Positions 11,011 through 22,600 of a stretch of 24,532 bases of DNA are shown here, one piece after another (position 1 is the stretch's first letter; each line of letters opens with the position of its first letter). This stretch comes from Archangiaceae bacterium (GTDB lineage Bacteria > Myxococcota > Myxococcia > Myxococcales > Myxococcaceae), in the NCBI GenBank assembly GCA_043750125.1, contig JAYVCD010000047.1:1-24532 (forward strand), in the 5' to 3' direction. A program made the translations under genes and the position numbers. Below the pieces are notes generated by a model that worked only from the letters and a program-made list of their open reading frames with translations, did not search any database and had not been told where the DNA came from.

Positions 11011-11796
11011 ATGCCGCGCATCAAGCTCGTTCTCGAGTACGACGGCACCCACTACGTGGGCTGGCAGTTTCAACCCAACGGCCCGTCGATTCAGGGCCGG
11101 CTCAAGCGGGCGCTGCAAGAGCTGGTCGGATCGCCGGTCGAAGTCGTTGCTGCCGGGCGAACCGATTCGGGGGTCCATGCGCTCGGGCAGGTCGTCGCCT
11201 TCGATTCGCCCGTGACCCTTCCGCTGCGAGCCTATTGGATGGGACTCAACGGCCTGCTGCCTGAGGACGTAGCGGTGGTGAGGGCCGAAGAGGTCGACCC
11301 GGCGTTCGACCCGCGGCGGTGGTCGAGGGGCAAGCGCTACCTCTACCGAATCAGCAACCAGCGGGGCCGCGCGCCGATGCGGCGCTTCTCGCATTGGGAA
11401 GTCTTCCAGCCGCTGGACCTCGAAGCGATGAAGCAGGGGGCGGTACACCTTTTGGGGCGCCACGACTTCTCGTCTTTCCGGGCGGCGGACTGCGAGGCGA
11501 ACCACGCGATTCGGCAGATTTCCAAGGCCCAGCTCGAGGGGGCCTCGGGCGATGAGATCACGTTCACCGTCGAAGGCACGGCCTTCTTACGGCACATGGT
11601 GCGAAACCTGATCGGCACGCTGGTCAACGTCGGCCGCCGCAAACGTCCGCCCGAATGGGTGAAGGAAGTTCTCGAGGCGAAGACCCGCGATCACGCTGGA
11701 GTGACCGCCCCCGCGCACGGGCTGACCCTGGTTGAAGTCTTCTATTCCGATCCACCCGGCCCCAATGGGCCGCTCCACACCCACGACGGCGATTGA
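11011..11796 (+). CDS. truA: tRNA pseudouridine(38-40) synthase
   Basis: Motifs LEYDGTHYVGWQ, AGRTDSGVHALGQV (catalytic Asp), GRHDFSSF, FLRHMVRNLIG and TAPAHGL. ATG at 11011 with AGGA upstream. Confidence 0.97.
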   Translation: MPRIKLVLEYDGTHYVGWQFQPNGPSIQGRLKRALQELVGSPVEVVAAGRTDSGVHALGQVVAFDSPVTLPLRAYWMGLNGLLPEDVAVVRAEEVDPAFDPRRWSRGKRYLYRISNQRGRAPMRRFSHWEVFQPLDLEAMKQGAVHLLGRHDFSSFRAADCEANHAIRQISKAQLEGASGDEITFTVEGTAFLRHMVRNLIGTLVNVGRRKRPPEWVKEVLEAKTRDHAGVTAPAHGLTLVEVFYSDPPGPNGPLHTHDGD

Positions 11797-11809
11797 CCAG
11801 AACCAAATC

Positions 11810-12403
11810 GTGAGCGAACGAAAAATCAAACCGCTGGCCGCGCTCGAAGCCCGGGCCCGCCAATTGATGCTGATGGTGGGGTTCGGGTTTACGGCGTACA
11901 CCGGAGGCACGATCCTCTCGGTGATGCTGATGAACCGGCTGAACCACCGGCTCGTCGCCGCTGACAGCCGGCTGCTCTACCTGCTGGCGATCATCGTCGT
12001 GGGCCAGATGTGGATCCTCTTCGTTCTGCCCGCACTGCTGCATCTGGCCTCCCATTTTCTCGACCTTCCCATCTGGAGAACGGCGGTCATTGCCGCGCTC
12101 ACCGGCTCGCTGTTCAACGCGGCGATTCGCTTTGTCAGCAATGGAATCGAAGAGACGTTTGCCGACCCGCTTCAGAACCTCGTTTGGGTCGGGACGCTGG
12201 TCGCGGGCATCCTCTTCTCGGTCTGGGCCGGGAAGAAGGGCAGGGTATGGGCCGAGGGTCGGCAGCGGCTCGCCGACCAGGCCGCGATCGCCCGAAAGGG
12301 GCAGTACGACAAGTACCTCGCCGAGTCGACGGCGCTGGCGGATCGAAGGGACGCCGCGCGCCTGCCGGTGGAACCTCCGACCGACCCCAAACCGCCGGTC
12401 TGA
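11810..12403 (+). CDS. Hypothetical integral membrane protein (about 4 TM)
   Basis: Four hydrophobic segments and a charged helical C-terminal tail. The GTG start at 11810 avoids overlap with truA. Confidence 0.75.
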   Translation: MSERKIKPLAALEARARQLMLMVGFGFTAYTGGTILSVMLMNRLNHRLVAADSRLLYLLAIIVVGQMWILFVLPALLHLASHFLDLPIWRTAVIAALTGSLFNAAIRFVSNGIEETFADPLQNLVWVGTLVAGILFSVWAGKKGRVWAEGRQRLADQAAIARKGQYDKYLAESTALADRRDAARLPVEPPTDPKPPV

Positions 12404-12436
12404 AACGCGCGGGCTTTAAGGGTATTGAGTCGGCCG

Positions 12437-12806
12437 ATGCGCAAAGCCTCGCTGGTGTTGACGGGTCTGATTGCACTCGAGCACCTGTGGTTTCTGGTTC
12501 TCGAGATGTTCCTCTGGACCACTCCGATGGGAATGTCGGCCTTCAAGACCACCCCGGAATACGCGAACGCCTCGGCGGTGCTGGCGATGAACCAGGGGCT
12601 GTACAACGGGTTTCTGGCCGCCGGGCTGCTGTGGAGTCTGTGGGCCCAAAGCCCCCGGCCGGCCCTGCAGCTGAGGATGTTCTTCCTCGGGTGCGTGGCG
12701 CTGGCCGGAATCTTTGGAGGGTGGACCGTGGGCCCGACGGTATTTTTGGCGCAGGGCCTGCCCGCGTTGGTCACGCTGGGGCTGGTCTACGCCACTTCGA
12801 AGAGCG

Positions 12807-12829
<23 letters not shown>
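12437..12829 (+). CDS. DUF1304 family membrane protein
   Basis: Signature [15 protein letters not shown]...F......A......[18 protein letters not shown], plus QGLPA. The 3' end overlaps the clpB 3' end by 23 bp. Confidence 0.85.
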
Positions 12830-15407
<2,578 letters not shown>

Positions 15408-15436
15408 TTGCCGAACCTAAGACTGCGCCGGCCGGC

Positions 15437-15453
15437 CGCAACCGATTGGCCGT
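15437..15453 (-). promoter_or_regulatory. Candidate sigma54 (-24/-12) promoter for clpB
   Basis: Minus strand reads ACGGCCAATCGGTTGCG, with GG-N10-GC spacing and TTGC as in the sigma54 consensus, about 30 nt upstream of the clpB ATG. The -24 element matches only partly. Confidence 0.3.
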
Positions 15454-15568
15454 TTCTGGCGCATCGCGTCACAAACGTCGAAAAAGACTGTCGATTTGGG
15501 TCCGCGGGCCTTGTCGCTGACTCTGAAATCGGGTACTAGCGGCGCGGTTTCTAGGGGGGTTCACACTG

Positions 15569-16156
15569 GTGGAATCACACGGCGGTTATCTGTGCCCATA
15601 CGAGGACGTAGACGTGGGGTGGCTGCAGGCTCTGGCCCGCCAGGCGATCGAGTCCGACGGTCAATTGGCGGGGGATTGCGGGCTGTTGGTCAGCATTCTT
15701 CAAGGGGGCAAGGTCGTGCGCTTCGCCTTTGACGGGGCCCACACCTACGGGCGCAACGGAGCGCGCTGGTACCTCACCCATCACGCCTTCGCCCAGCGGC
15801 TGTCCGAGCACCTGCGGGTGGTGGTCCACGCCTATGTCTTCGACCCGGAAGAGCTGGAGCAGGTGGTCAGCTACGGAAACGGTCGGAAAGTCGGAGGCGA
15901 GAGCCTGAGTTACGAAGACGCCGAGATGCCCGACGAAGACGACGAGGCCTCGTTCGAGAAGCTGAAGAGCAAATGGCCGATTGGACACCTGGCGCGGGTG
16001 CTGGGGGTCGACCGCGAGGCGCTGTTGCGGATGCCGCGCGAGACCACGGCCCTGATTGAGTTGGTGGGAGCAGCCGCCACCCAGCCCCTGTGGCATCTGT
16101 TCCCGAAGTCGGTGGCCGCGGCCAATCGCCAGCTGGCCTACGCGACGGCCCGCTAA
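15569..16156 (+). CDS. Hypothetical cytoplasmic protein
   Basis: 195-aa ORF divergent from clpB, with high-GC3 codon usage, a G-rich SD-like run before the GTG and a plausible alpha/beta composition. No family recognised. Confidence 0.75.
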   Translation: MESHGGYLCPYEDVDVGWLQALARQAIESDGQLAGDCGLLVSILQGGKVVRFAFDGAHTYGRNGARWYLTHHAFAQRLSEHLRVVVHAYVFDPEELEQVVSYGNGRKVGGESLSYEDAEMPDEDDEASFEKLKSKWPIGHLARVLGVDREALLRMPRETTALIELVGAAATQPLWHLFPKSVAAANRQLAYATAR

Positions 16157-16773
16157 CCGGGTTTGCGGTCGGCCGCTTCGACCCATTCGCGCAGCGACTG
16201 CGAGCGGAAGTAGCTGCCGATGCCCACGAAAGCGCCCGCGATCACGACGGTGAAGGCGATGGTGGCGGCGCTGAGCACCGACTGCTCCATTCCTTCCGGG
16301 TAGCCCCCGGGGATGTCGCTTCCATTCATCACTTTGTCCCACGCCGCGCCCGCCCGGGTGGCGACGGCGGCCATCTGGGCGCCATCGATGGTTCGCAGCA
16401 CCGCGCAGGCGATCGACGTGGTCGCGAGCAACCGCCGCGCGCTTTCCCGGGCCGACCCCGCCGGGCGCAACAGCCGCAGCGCGGCGACGAAGGTCAACGA
16501 GCAGGCGATGGTCAGGGCAAGCAGGATGAAGGCCCGCGAGGCGCGCATCGCCTCGAGCCCGCTGGCCTGGGCTTCGTGCTTGGCCTTCGCCGCAATCAGA
16601 GCGCGGTTGTTGTTCATCCAGAAATCGGAGATGGGCGGCGTCAGGCTGCGAAAGCTCTCGAGGTCCACCACCTGCCCGATGTGCTGGGCGGCAGCAGACC
16701 CGACGAGGCCTGAGAGCACGATCACCGCAAGGGTGATCCGCCGGACGCGGACGGGAAGGGCGCTGCTCGTCAT
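16153..16773 (-). CDS. Hypothetical membrane protein (about 4 TM)
   Basis: ATG at 16773 overlaps the upstream TGA (ATGA). Several hydrophobic helices. The stop overlaps the convergent gene's stop. Confidence 0.75.
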   Translation of the reverse strand: MTSSALPVRVRRITLAVIVLSGLVGSAAAQHIGQVVDLESFRSLTPPISDFWMNNNRALIAAKAKHEAQASGLEAMRASRAFILLALTIACSLTFVAALRLLRPAGSARESARRLLATTSIACAVLRTIDGAQMAAVATRAGAAWDKVMNGSDIPGGYPEGMEQSVLSAATIAFTVVIAGAFVGIGSYFRSQSLREWVEAADRKPG

Positions 16774-17027
16774 TTGAGCTTGGTGGCTTCGACGAAGCGA
16801 AGCCGCAGCTCGGTAAGCAGGTTGGCGAACAGGCGTTCTTCCTCGGCGTCCAGGTTGCCGCACGTCTTCTCGCGCAGCATCTCGAGGAGGCTGAGGCTCT
16901 GCTGGGCCAGCGTCAGGTCTACCGACTGCTGGCCCGTCTCGGGGTGAGGCGCCGTCCCGAGGTGAATCAAGGTGGTCGAGGCGAGCCCGAAGACGAACGT
17001 GCTGAAGTTGATCGGGTCTTCTTTCAT
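16770..17027 (-). CDS. DUF1844 domain-containing protein
   Basis: Pattern F..FV..L......HLG..P.P.TG....DL..A......L..L.EKT.GNL...E...L...L.ELR..FV. Confidence 0.85.
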   Translation of the reverse strand: MKEDPINFSTFVFGLASTTLIHLGTAPHPETGQQSVDLTLAQQSLSLLEMLREKTCGNLDAEEERLFANLLTELRLRFVEATKLK

Positions 17028-17037
17028 CGGGCGACTA

Positions 17038-17226
17038 CTACTCTTCGTCGTCCGCGAAGTCCTCGTCGAGATCCGAGAGGTTGGCTTCCACGGGCTCGCC
17101 CTTCTCGGCCACGTCCGGGAGGGTCTTGATGTGCTTCTCCCACACCTTCTCGTCCAGCTGACCCGACTTGATGTAGCGCTCTGCCGTTCGCTTGTCCGAG
17201 TAGCGCGGATCGATGGTTTCCGACAT
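17038..17226 (-). CDS. Small conserved-looking hypothetical protein with acidic tail
   Basis: 62 aa with an AGGAG SD 6 nt before the ATG, a DKRTAERYIKSG...LPDVAEK core, a D/E-rich tail and tandem TAG stops. First gene of a 3-gene unit. Confidence 0.75.
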   Translation of the reverse strand: MSETIDPRYSDKRTAERYIKSGQLDEKVWEKHIKTLPDVAEKGEPVEANLSDLDEDFADDEE

Positions 17227-17264
17227 TGACGACTCCTGATGATTGGTGGAATTCCTTCGGCGCC

Positions 17265-17273
17265 TTATACCAA
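17265..17273 (-). promoter_or_regulatory. Candidate extended -10 promoter element (TGGTATAAG) for the 17226-16153 operon
   Basis: TGn-TATAAG on the minus strand, about 40 nt upstream of the ATG at 17226, inside a 53-bp divergent spacer. Confidence 0.35.
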
Positions 17274-17279
17274 CGGCAT

Positions 17280-17921
17280 ATGCGCGACAAGCCTGCTGGC
17301 CTTCCGCGTGGCCTGTACGCGCTGCTCGACGATTCGGTGCGACCCGGGCTCGATCTGCTCGGGGCCGCGAGGGCCGTCTTCGAGGGGGGATCGAAGGTGC
17401 TTCAGCTGCGCCTGAAGACCCTGTCGGATCGCAAGGCGCTTGCGCTGTGCTGCGGCGTCGTCGCGATCGCCCGGCAGCTGGGAGGGAAGGTGCTGATCAA
17501 CGATCGGGTCGATCTGGCGCTGCTGTCGAAGGCCGACGGGGTCCACCTCGGGGAGGACGACTTGCCGTTGGCCCAGGCCCGCGCGCTGCTGGGCCCGCTG
17601 GCGCTGATTGGCGCCACGACCCGAACGCTGGCCCAGATTCAGCAGGCGGCTGCGGAAGGCGCAGACCACGTCGGGCTGGGACCCGTCTTCGCCACTTCGA
17701 CCAAGAGGGTGCCGCACCGCCCGTTGGGGATCTCGGGGCTGGAGCAGATCGGGCGGGCCAGCCCGCTTCCGATCGTGGCGATCGCCGGGCTGCGATTGGA
17801 AAACATTTCGGCCGTGGCGCGCGCGGGAGCCCACTGCGCGGCGGTGGCCAGCGGGCTGCTCGAGGCGGACGATCTTCGCGAGCGGGCGAGGGCACTTCAG
17901 GCCGAGTTCTCGAGGATCTGA
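17280..17921 (+). CDS. thiE: Thiamine-phosphate synthase
   Basis: Motifs LYALLD, LQLRLK, LINDRVDLA, ADGVHLGEDD, GADHVGLGPVFATSTK and IVAIAG. ATG at 17280. Confidence 0.94.
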   Translation: MRDKPAGLPRGLYALLDDSVRPGLDLLGAARAVFEGGSKVLQLRLKTLSDRKALALCCGVVAIARQLGGKVLINDRVDLALLSKADGVHLGEDDLPLAQARALLGPLALIGATTRTLAQIQQAAAEGADHVGLGPVFATSTKRVPHRPLGISGLEQIGRASPLPIVAIAGLRLENISAVARAGAHCAAVASGLLEADDLRERARALQAEFSRI

Positions 17922-17936
17922 AGTACCGTTGGGGCC

Positions 17937-18686
17937 TTGAAGCCTCATCACCAGCGGCGCCCAACGATTGCGATTACCCCCGATGTGTCCCGGGCCACTC
18001 CCGAAGCGCCGCAGGTGCGGTACGAGCTCAAGGCCGCTTACGCCGACGCGGTCTATCGCGCGGGAGGGCTGCCGATCATCTTGCCGTACACCGAAGATCG
18101 CCTCGGGATCGAGCAGTACCTCGATCGCGTTTCCGGGGTGCTGGTGACGGGAGGCGCGTTCGACATTCCTCCCGAGGCCTACGGCGAGGCGGCCCGTGAG
18201 GGAATGGGGCCGACCAAGCCGGGACGCACTTCGTTCGAGACCGAGGTCCTCAAGTCAGCGCTGACGCGAAACCTTCCGCTGCTCGGGATCTGCGGCGGGA
18301 TGCAGTTGCTCAACGTGGCCCTGGGCGGGACCTTGTTCCAGGACATCGGCAAAGAATTGCCCAACGCGCGACCCCACGAGCAGACGCACGACCGCAGCCA
18401 GCCCCACCACCCGATCGAGGTGAAGGAAGGCACGGTGCTGGCCGACTGCCTGGGAAGGGGACAATTGATGGTCAACAGCACCCACCACCAGGCGGTGAAG
18501 ACCGTGGGACCGAAGCTGGTGATCAGCGCCGTCGCTCCGGACGGAGTGATTGAAGCGATCGAGGCGGGCAGCTACCACTTCGCCGTCGGAGTGCAGTGGC
18601 ACCCTGAGTTGCTGCTCGACAACGTCCCGCCCAACCTCGGCCTCTACCGCACGTTCGTGGCCCGCGCCCGCGACTCGCGCCGCTGA
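17937..18686 (+). CDS. Class I glutamine amidotransferase-like peptidase C26 (PuuD / gamma-glutamyl hydrolase family)
   Basis: Motifs AGGLPIILP, LVTGG.FDI.P..YG, the catalytic Cys in LGICGGMQLLNVALGGTL.QDI, VNSTHHQAV, and the His-Glu pair in GVQWHPE. Confidence 0.9.
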   Translation: MKPHHQRRPTIAITPDVSRATPEAPQVRYELKAAYADAVYRAGGLPIILPYTEDRLGIEQYLDRVSGVLVTGGAFDIPPEAYGEAAREGMGPTKPGRTSFETEVLKSALTRNLPLLGICGGMQLLNVALGGTLFQDIGKELPNARPHEQTHDRSQPHHPIEVKEGTVLADCLGRGQLMVNSTHHQAVKTVGPKLVISAVAPDGVIEAIEAGSYHFAVGVQWHPELLLDNVPPNLGLYRTFVARARDSRR

Positions 18687-18691
18687 AACCT

Positions 18692-18797
18692 CGTCCCTCG
18701 ACTGCTCTCGGGATCAACGGGCACTCTTCGGACTTTTCCGTGTCTGGCCCGAGGTGGTGTGAGGCAGCCCGCTCATCCCGAGAGCAGTCGAGGGACG
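18692..18797. repeat. Intergenic inverted repeat pair (REP/REPIN-like), 23-bp perfect arms
   Basis: CGTCCCTCGACTGCTCTCGGGAT (18692-18714) is the exact reverse complement of ATCCCGAGAGCAGTCGAGGGACG (18775-18797). Pairing extends imperfectly 8 bp inward, leaving a 44-nt spacer. Each arm has its own small hairpin, CCC(T)CGA-N6-TCGGG. Confidence 0.85.
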
Positions 18798-18822
18798 TGC
18801 TGGCCGCCGTGCGTTTGAACGA

Positions 18823-19581
18823 ATGGAAACCACACTCAACAAGGTTCGCCCGTTGAACGCGCAGAGACCTACGGGTCCACCCCGGGTGTTGATCGTCGCC
18901 GGCTTCGACCCTTCCGGTGGGGCCGGGGTCCTGGCGGACGTCTGGGCGATTTCGAAGTTGGGCGGCAGTGCACTGGCGGTCGTGACCGCGCTCACCGCGC
19001 AAGGGCGCACCTTCGCTTGCTCCCCGGTCGCTCCCAAGGGCGTGGAACTGCAGCTTCAGTCCGCGCTCGCGGCAGGAGCCGTGCGGGCCGCGAAGTGGGG
19101 AATGATTCCCAACCGTCAGGCGCTGGACGTCATCATCGACGGGCTGGCAGTGGGACACTGGCCGATCGTGATCGACCCTGTGGTTCGCACTTCGAAAGGC
19201 GAGCGGCTCTCGAGCCTGGGTCCCCAGGACTATCTGCAGCTTGGAAAGCGGCTTGGGCGCCTACATCCTCTTGTGCTCACTCCGAACCGGGAAGAGCTGC
19301 AGTGGTTGCGGGCGAGCCCCACCCAGCTGTTGGCACTGGGGTACTGGGCCGTGGTGGTCAAGGGCAGCGACTCGGGGCTCGATCAGGTGTTTACCCATCA
19401 AGACCACTGGGAGTTGCGGGGCTCGCCCCTACCTCGCAACACATCGCACCACCGCGGAACCGGCTGCCGCTTTGGCTCAGGATTGGCGACGGCGCTGGCT
19501 CGCGGCGAGGATCTGATCGCTGCTGCGCGCGCCGCCAAGCGGCTGATACGAAGATTTCTAAGCGACCCTATAATCGGCTAA
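18823..19581 (+). CDS. thiD: Hydroxymethylpyrimidine/phosphomethylpyrimidine kinase
   Basis: Motifs VLIVAGFDPSGGAGVLAD, TALTAQ, IVIDPV, TPNREE, VVVKG and the anion-hole motif RGTGC. Adjacent to thiE. Start codon uncertain. Confidence 0.85.
   Translation: METTLNKVRPLNAQRPTGPPRVLIVAGFDPSGGAGVLADVWAISKLGGSALAVVTALTAQGRTFACSPVAPKGVELQLQSALAAGAVRAAKWGMIPNRQALDVIIDGLAVGHWPIVIDPVVRTSKGERLSSLGPQDYLQLGKRLGRLHPLVLTPNREELQWLRASPTQLLALGYWAVVVKGSDSGLDQVFTHQDHWELRGSPLPRNTSHHRGTGCRFGSGLATALARGEDLIAAARAAKRLIRRFLSDPIIG
19569..19574 (+). promoter_or_regulatory. Candidate sigma70 -10 box (TATAAT) for the cglD-like gene, inside the last thiD codons
   Basis: Perfect TATAAT 56 nt upstream of the ATG at 19631 in high-GC DNA. 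No convincing -35 at the correct spacing. Confidence 0.35.
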
Positions 19582-19630
19582 GCGTTTTCACAGGGCCGAG
19601 CTGCACTACCCGCGCTGGAGCACCACCCCC

Positions 19631-22600
19631 ATGTCGATGAAGAAAATGTTTGCCGCCGTGGCGTGCCTCGCCGCGCTGGGCTTTTCGGGGTGCAATTGTT
19701 CCAGGTCTCCCCCCGGCACGTCCGGAGGCGGCGATGGCAGCGACGCCGGCGGAGGCACCGGGGGCAACGGCGGCGGTGAGCCCGGGGACGGCGGGAAGAT
19801 CGCCGACCCCAACGATCTCAACAACCCGTTCAAAGACACCGACTGCGATGGGCTGAACGACGCAGAAGAGTTCGGCAACACCTACGCGGGCGGAAAGCGG
19901 ACCTCGCCCAACAACCCCGACACCGACGGCGACGGAATCATGGACGGGGTCGAAGCGGGCCGGACCACCTCGGTCGACCCGACCTGCGCCTTTGTCGGCG
20001 ACGCGGACCCCACCACCCGCACGATTCCCACCGAGATCGATTCGGACGCCGACGGAATCTCCGATGGGGTGGAAGACACCAACAAGAACGGTCGCGCCGA
20101 ATCGACCGAGACCGATGCCACCAACCCGGACAGCGACTTCGACGGTTTGAAGGATGGCATCGAGGACAAGAACTTCAATGGCGTCGTCGACCCCGGCGAG
20201 ACCGACCCGCGCAAGAAAGACACCGACGGGGACTTCATCAATGACGGGGTGGAAATCAACGTCACGCTTACCGACCCGCTGAAGGCCGACACCGACGGAG
20301 ACACCTGTCTCGATGGGGCCGAAGACCTGAACCAGAACGGGGTCGTCGACCTGGGCGAGACCAACCCGAAGCTTTCCGCCGATTGCGGCGCGATGAACAA
20401 CCCCGATTCGGACAACGACGGACTGCCCAATACCGTCGAAGACAAGAACGGCAACGGCATCGTCGACCCCGGCGAGACCGACCCCAACAACCCCGACACC
20501 GACGGCGATGGAATCAAGGACGGCGTCGAGGATCGCAACAAGAACGGCCGGTACGACCCGGGCGAGACCAACCCCCTACGCAAGGACACCGATTGTGACG
20601 GGCTGCTCGACGGGCCTGATCAAGGCGCGTTCAAGGGCGAAGACCTCAACGCCGACGGGGTGGTCAACAGCGGTGAGACCGACCCCACCAAGTTCGATAC
20701 CGACGGCGATGGAATCAGCGACGGCGTCGAGCGCGGCATTTCGATTTCCGAACGCGCCGACATCGTCAATTGCGTCAACGTTCCCTACGACCAGGATCCC
20801 ACCACCACCACCGACCCCACCAAGCGCGACAGCGATGGCGATGGCATCGATGACGGGGCCGAAGATACCAACCAGAACGGGAAGGTGGACCCCGGCGAAT
20901 TGAACCCGAACAACCCGGCCGACGGCGGGGGCCCGGCAGGCCAGGTCTGCACCGCGATGAACTTGCGGCCGGTGACCTTCAAGGCCGAGGGCAGCCCCGA
21001 CATTCAGCTGGGTTTGCCGGCGAGCTTCACCGAGGTGAGCACCGTCTCGGTCGGCGCGAACAAGCGGGGGTTGATCGGCTACGACCCGACCCACCAGGTC
21101 GCCTTCATTGCGTGGCGCGAGCCGGCGCGGGGCACGTCCGCTACTCCCACCGGCGACGAAGCGGCGCTTCGCCCGTTGTTGGCGGGAATCGCGGCGATCA
21201 GCGCTCCGACCACCCAGACCTTCACCACCTGGGACACGATTCCTGCGCTGCAGGGGTTCTATGACCAGGTGGGTGGGGTCGACATCAAGGCCCGGGCGAA
21301 CGCGATTGCCCAGCAGTTGATTGGAGCAGGAGCGGGCAGCCTCGTCGGCACCGGCGGAGTGGCTCCTGCCAACTTCCGGATTCAGGTCGAGTACCTCCAC
21401 CGCACCAACGCGGCGGTGGTGGTGATCATCGCGATTACCCCGTCGGCCGCGGCCCCGGCGAACCCGGTCGAGACGGCGATCTTCGCGATGAGCGACACCG
21501 CTGGTGGCTCGGCCGTCGCCCAGTTCGGCGACCCCAACGCCATTCAGTGCGAGCGCTTCACCCCCCGCAGCGGAATGGTCGATTTCCTGTTCGTCGTCGA
21601 TGACAGCTGCTCGATGGCGGCCTCTCAGGCGGCGCTGGGAAATGCGGCGACGGCGATGGCAGCGAACCTCAACGGGTCCACGCTCGATTGGCGAATCAGC
21701 CTCGTCACCAGCTCGTACATCAACAGCGGCACCTTGCGGCAGTTCACCCGGAACATCGGCCAGTTTCAGGCGTGGCTGACCCAGAACAGCGCCTGCGTCG
21801 CCAATGCATGCTCTGGTTTCGCAGGGACTACCTGCACCAACGCCACATCCAACCAGTGTTGGATCGGCACCGGCGGCAGCGGTACCGAGCAGCTGCTCGC
21901 CTCAGGTCGACGCGCAGTCAATGATCTGGCTCCCGCGGCGGCCGTCGAGTCGCCCACCAAATTTCGCGATGGAGCGACGGCGGTTGTGGTGCTGCTGGGC
22001 GACGCCGACGATCAGAGTGCGGGGGTGAACGCCACGGCCCTGATCTATTCGGAATATTTCAACAACACCGGGGCGGTCGCCGGCGTCAGCAAAAACCCGA
22101 TCAACCAGAAGATCGTCGTTCACGGGATCGTTTGCCCGGTCGGGGTCAACTGCAACAACGAGACGCAGAACAACCCTCAGAAGCACGCCGCGGTGATCAC
22201 TGCGACCGGCGGCATTCGCGGTGAGATCAACAACGCGGCGTCGATCACCTCGACCATCAACCAGGTGGTGAACTCGGCGATCAACGCGGCGGGGTACAAG
22301 ATGCAGAAGCCGCCCATCGGAGCGTCGGTGAAAGTCGCGCTCAGCTCGGTCAACAGCCTCACCACCTGCCCCAGCCCGGGGAACATTCCGCGCAGCCGGG
22401 TCGATGGCTTCGACTTCGACGGCGTCAACCGCACGCTCTCGTTCTTCGGCGGTTGTCGTCCTGGAGTGGGAATGGTCGAAGGAGCGGTCTCGTACCGGTA
22501 CTGGCGCGACACCACGCCGAACCCGGGTGGCAACCCTCCCCCGTGCTCGATGGACCCGAAGTACGACCCCACGGATCCCGACTTCTGCCTCGGGCGGCTG

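Noticed and set aside
18687..18822. TPP riboswitch upstream of thiD
   Set aside because: The conserved CUGAGA and AxCUG...GGGA core is absent, and the region is explained by the inverted repeat.
19835..20910. Repeated DNA words resembling a CRISPR array or VNTR
   Set aside because: The repeats are degenerate, in frame and vary at synonymous positions. They encode Ca-binding protein repeats, there are no constant repeat-spacer units, and no cas genes are present.
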